Assembly (NCBI GenBank): GCA_002189035.1
Contig: NEEC01000015.1
Location: forward strand, 1,054,001 to 1,118,000
Direction: 5' to 3'
Source: Utricularia gibba
Lineage: Eukaryota; Plantae; Magnoliophyta
Length of the DNA: 64,000 nt
Part shown: in pieces, positions 60,425 to 64,000 of the stretch
How the letters are laid out: every line of letters begins with the position of its first letter
Numbering within the stretch: the stretch's first letter is position 1
The notes under the pieces: generated by a model
Databases searched by the model: none
Seen by the model: only the letters and a program-made list of their open reading frames with translations
Told to the model about the DNA's origin: nothing
Made by a program: the position numbers and the translations under genes

Positions 60425-61274
60425 CGTTTAATATATAATAATAGAATTTTAATTATTTGAGTGATATAGATATAATTAAACCTTCTTCCCTCTCTTCATT
60501 TTTATATATTATTCACATACTCAAAAAATGAATATATAAATAATATAATTATACAAGATTGACATATATGTGATAATTAATCAAATAATGATTTATATGT
60601 AAAGATTTATATTCTTTGATATACATATAGACAGTAGACTTTTATAATAAAAAAAGGTTGCAAGTTGAGAGGTGGGCTGGAATTATTGGAGTGGAAGAGG
60701 AGCCATGTGTTATGGGAGACGACAATGGTGAATAATTTGAGTAGCGAAGCGGAGGGTGAGGCGTTACCTGGGCGTTACGGCCGTTTGCCGACAAGGCATC
60801 ATGCATACGGATATAGTTATAGAGGCGTTTCTGCGCGGGGACGCGGCGTTAAATGCATGGAAAAGGCCGTTATCTGTGGATCCCAAATGGGGTATCGTTG
60901 AATGCGAGGAGGATTGGCAGCAAGAGTGCCAGAGAGCGAGAGAGAGAGAGAGAGGGAACATTTATGTTGTCTTCTATTGCTCTTCCTTACGGAGACGATG
61001 CTTTCTGGGTTGGGTTTCCCATGACTGAGGGGGGCGATCTTCTTCACTCTTTCCGAACTCTCTCTGTCTCTGTCTTCGCGGCTCACTCTCCGCCGTATTG
61101 TCGCTCTCCTCTGGTTTCAGGGTGTTGGATTTTTTTTGATATCTGGGCCGTTTGATGTTTTGATTTAGGATTCGGTTTCTGGTTCGTGCGTTTTTCCCAC
61201 TTCGTGATATGTTATAAATGTTTGTGATTCCGGTTTCGCTTAGGAATTGGTGGTGACTTGGTAGAGGATTGGAG

Positions 61275-63920
61275 ATGGGTCTTATAAGTACGATTTTGGG
61301 ATTTTTTGGGTTTGGTGTCGGGATTGCTATTGGCCTTACTGTTGGGTACTTTCTGTTCGTCTACTTTCAGCCGACAGACGTACAGGTGGGTTAAAACATT
61401 TCTGTGCTCAATTCTTTGATGTTGGGATAAGTATTGATGTTCCAAGTGGGCTTCTTGTTGCAATTCGAATGTTCAGGATCCTGAAATTCGTCCATTAGTA
61501 GAGAAAGATGCCACTAGTCTGCAACAACTTCTCCCAGAAATACCTCTTTGGATCAAGAATCCTGACTATGACCGCGTAAGTTGAACTTACTTAGTTGCCG
61601 CAATTCTGGAGGTTTTATGTGGAACTGGACATAAGCAAGAGATTGGATATTTTGCACAAAACAATTACCAGAATCTCTTTTCAGGTTGATTGGCTGAACA
61701 GATTCATTGAACATATGTGGCCTTATTTGAATAAGGTATGTTTAAGGAGCTTGCTGCTTTGGTTGTAAGGTACAGTTGTGTCTCTAACTAAGTTTTGGGG
61801 TTGCTCAATGATCAGGCCATTTGCGCAATGGCAAAGAAAATAGCAGAGCCAATTGTTGCTGAGCAAATTCCCAAGTACAAAATTGATTCTGTAGATTTTG
61901 AAGCCTTAACACTTGGTAGCCTACCACCCACATTTGAAGGTTTTCTCAGATCCCCACTTAGTATTTCTTTCATTTGCAAGAAAGCAGTTGCCTTCTGCTC
62001 ATCTGACTTATGATGCAGGAATCAAAGTTTACAACACTGAAGAAAAGGAACTGATCATGGAACTGGGCTTGAAGTGGGCAGCCAATCCTAATATCTTAGT
62101 TGCTGCCAAGGCATTCGGCCTAAAAGCCACCGTTCAGGTACTCACTGTCCCAGATTCTTGTCGAAGTCAGAAACCACTTTTCGTCCTTTTCCTTTGCTCC
62201 TTCGTTGAATACCTAGCACTGAACTGATGCATGGTTTCGAGTACTTTTTTCAGGTGGTTGATTTGCAAGTGTTTGCTTCTCCACGTATCACGCTAAAGCC
62301 TCTAGTCTCTAGCTTCCCCTGTTTCGCCAATATCCATGTATCTCTTATGCAAAGGGTGAGTGAACGTTCTGTATATCTTTTCTGAAAACCAAAATCCCAT
62401 ATCGAAATCTATTATACATCATTTATCTTGGGAATGGCTTTCTTCATTTCATCTTCTCTCATGTAGCCCCATGTGGACTTCGGTGTTAAGCTGCTAGGTG
62501 CTGATGCGATGTCAGTTCCTGGGGTTTACAGATTTGTGCAGGTGATTCTAAATAGCCGTTGCACATTCTCGATAATGAAATCTATAGCTTCAATCGTTAT
62601 TTTGCATTGTCTGTTCACCAGGAAACCATAAAAGATCAGGTTGCAAACATGTATCTATGGCCAAAAAGACTTGAAGTTCAAGTACTGGATCCATCACAGT
62701 AAGTTCTTTACAGAGCTTTCTTTACTCGATGAAGAAAGCATGTGTTGCGTTTCTGATCAAGTTTTTGGGTTATCTTTGGCTCAGGGCGATGAAGAAACCA
62801 GTCGGGCTTCTGAATGTCACTGTTGTTAGAGCGACAAAGCTCAAGAAGAAGGATCTTCTGGGAGCATCAGATCCTTATGTGAAGCTGAAGATGAGCGACG
62901 ACAAACTCCCGGCCAAGAAAACAAGCATTAAACATAAGAACCTGAATCCGGAATGGAATGAGGAGTTCACCTTCGTCGTCAAGGACCCTGAAACGCAGCT
63001 CCTTGAGTTCTCTGTGTATGACTGGGAGCAGGTTCGTTTTCCACTGATTGATTGCTTCCTTCTTACATTAGAGATGCTGATGCTTTTGTTCCGTTGTTCA
63101 GGTCGGAAACCATGACAAGATGGGATTGAATGTTGTTCCACTCAAGGACTTGACTCCTGAGGAACCAAAAGTCCTCACGCTCGATCTTCTCAAGAACCTG
63201 AATCCAGACGACGTACAAAATGAGAAATCAAGAGGCCAACTTGTACTCGAAGTTAACTACAAACCTTTCAAGGGCGACGAGGTGCCTAGCAACGTGGAAG
63301 ATTCAAATGTTGTCCAAAAAGCTCCAGAAGGAACGCCGGAGGGCGGTGGTTTGCTTGTGATCACTGTCCATGAAGCTCAAGATTTGGAAGGCAAACACCA
63401 TACCAATCCATCTGTGCGGCTACTCTTCCGTGGCGAGGAACGGAAAACAAAGGTGTGGGATTCGTAGATATAACATCATTTCTTGCTCCATGTTTCAGGT
63501 AATGATACATGGCTTCCTGAAATGCAGGTAGTGAAAAAGAACAGGGATCCCAGATGGGAAGAGGAGTTCCAGTTCATGCTCGAGGAACCACCCATAAATG
63601 ACAGAGTCCATGTGGACGTAGTCAGTACTTCCAAGCGAATGGGCTTGCTACACCCCAAGGTACCTACCCAAGTTACACTCACTCGTTTCCTCTGCACAAG
63701 AACACAGTTCCAATGTCAATATCCATCTGCATACCTTGATTCGGGATGGCTGTTTTGCCATTGGCTTGATTGGTGTATTTTGTTATAGGAAACTCTGGGG
63801 TATGTGGATATCTATCTATCAGATGTGGTGACCAACAAACGCATAAACGAGAGGTACCATTTGATCGACTCGAAGAACGGCCGTATTCAGATTGAGATGG
63901 AATGGAGAACCGCATCTTGA
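61275..63920 (+). CDS. Plant synaptotagmin (SYT1/SYT2 type): TM, SMP and two C2 domains, multi-exon
   Basis: N-terminal TM GFFGFGVGIAIGLTVGYFLF, PLWIKNPDYDRVDWLN, LGASDPYVKL, KNLNPEWNEEF, KKNRDPRWEEEFQF and end IEMEWRTAS-stop at 63918-63920. Confidence 0.95.
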
Positions 63921-64000
63921 ACAAGCAACTCTGAACTCTCCCTCTCTTTTTCCCTCTTTAATCTGCAGTTGAAACATAGCAATTGTCATGAAATACCTTT

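Overview
Gene-dense nuclear DNA of a eudicot plant. Short introns and short spacers suggest a compact genome, possibly Lamiales (inference). It is not prokaryotic and has no CRISPR array. I find 20 protein-coding genes: VIT1-like iron transporter, extensin, U-box E3 ligase, 5-FCL-like protein, an uncharacterised plant protein, M14 carboxypeptidase, two tandem GARP-domain genes, a putative glycosyltransferase-like protein, DUF241, PPR, SKU5-similar, ECH2, prolyl oligopeptidase, LARP1, an MSRCFPFPPPGY-family protein, VPS35, CSU2/C9orf78-like and synaptotagmin. There are also three RNA genes missed by the ORF track: a divergent U2 snRNA with USE and TATA promoter (9583-9776), MIR394 and MIR171. 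The most unusual elements are: (1) the U2 variant, which keeps its branch-site sequence and most stems but is changed at U6-pairing and U2B''-binding positions, and ends about 120 bp before the next gene's ATG; (2) a recent tandem duplicate of a degenerate type-B response regulator with a dead, truncated receiver and an intact GARP domain, where one copy carries an 8x57-bp coding minisatellite and the other one unit plus a frameshift; (3) an intronless CSU2-like gene missing a conserved internal block. All gene models, alignments and folds were done by eye; ortholog names and Arabidopsis IDs are from recall and need confirming.
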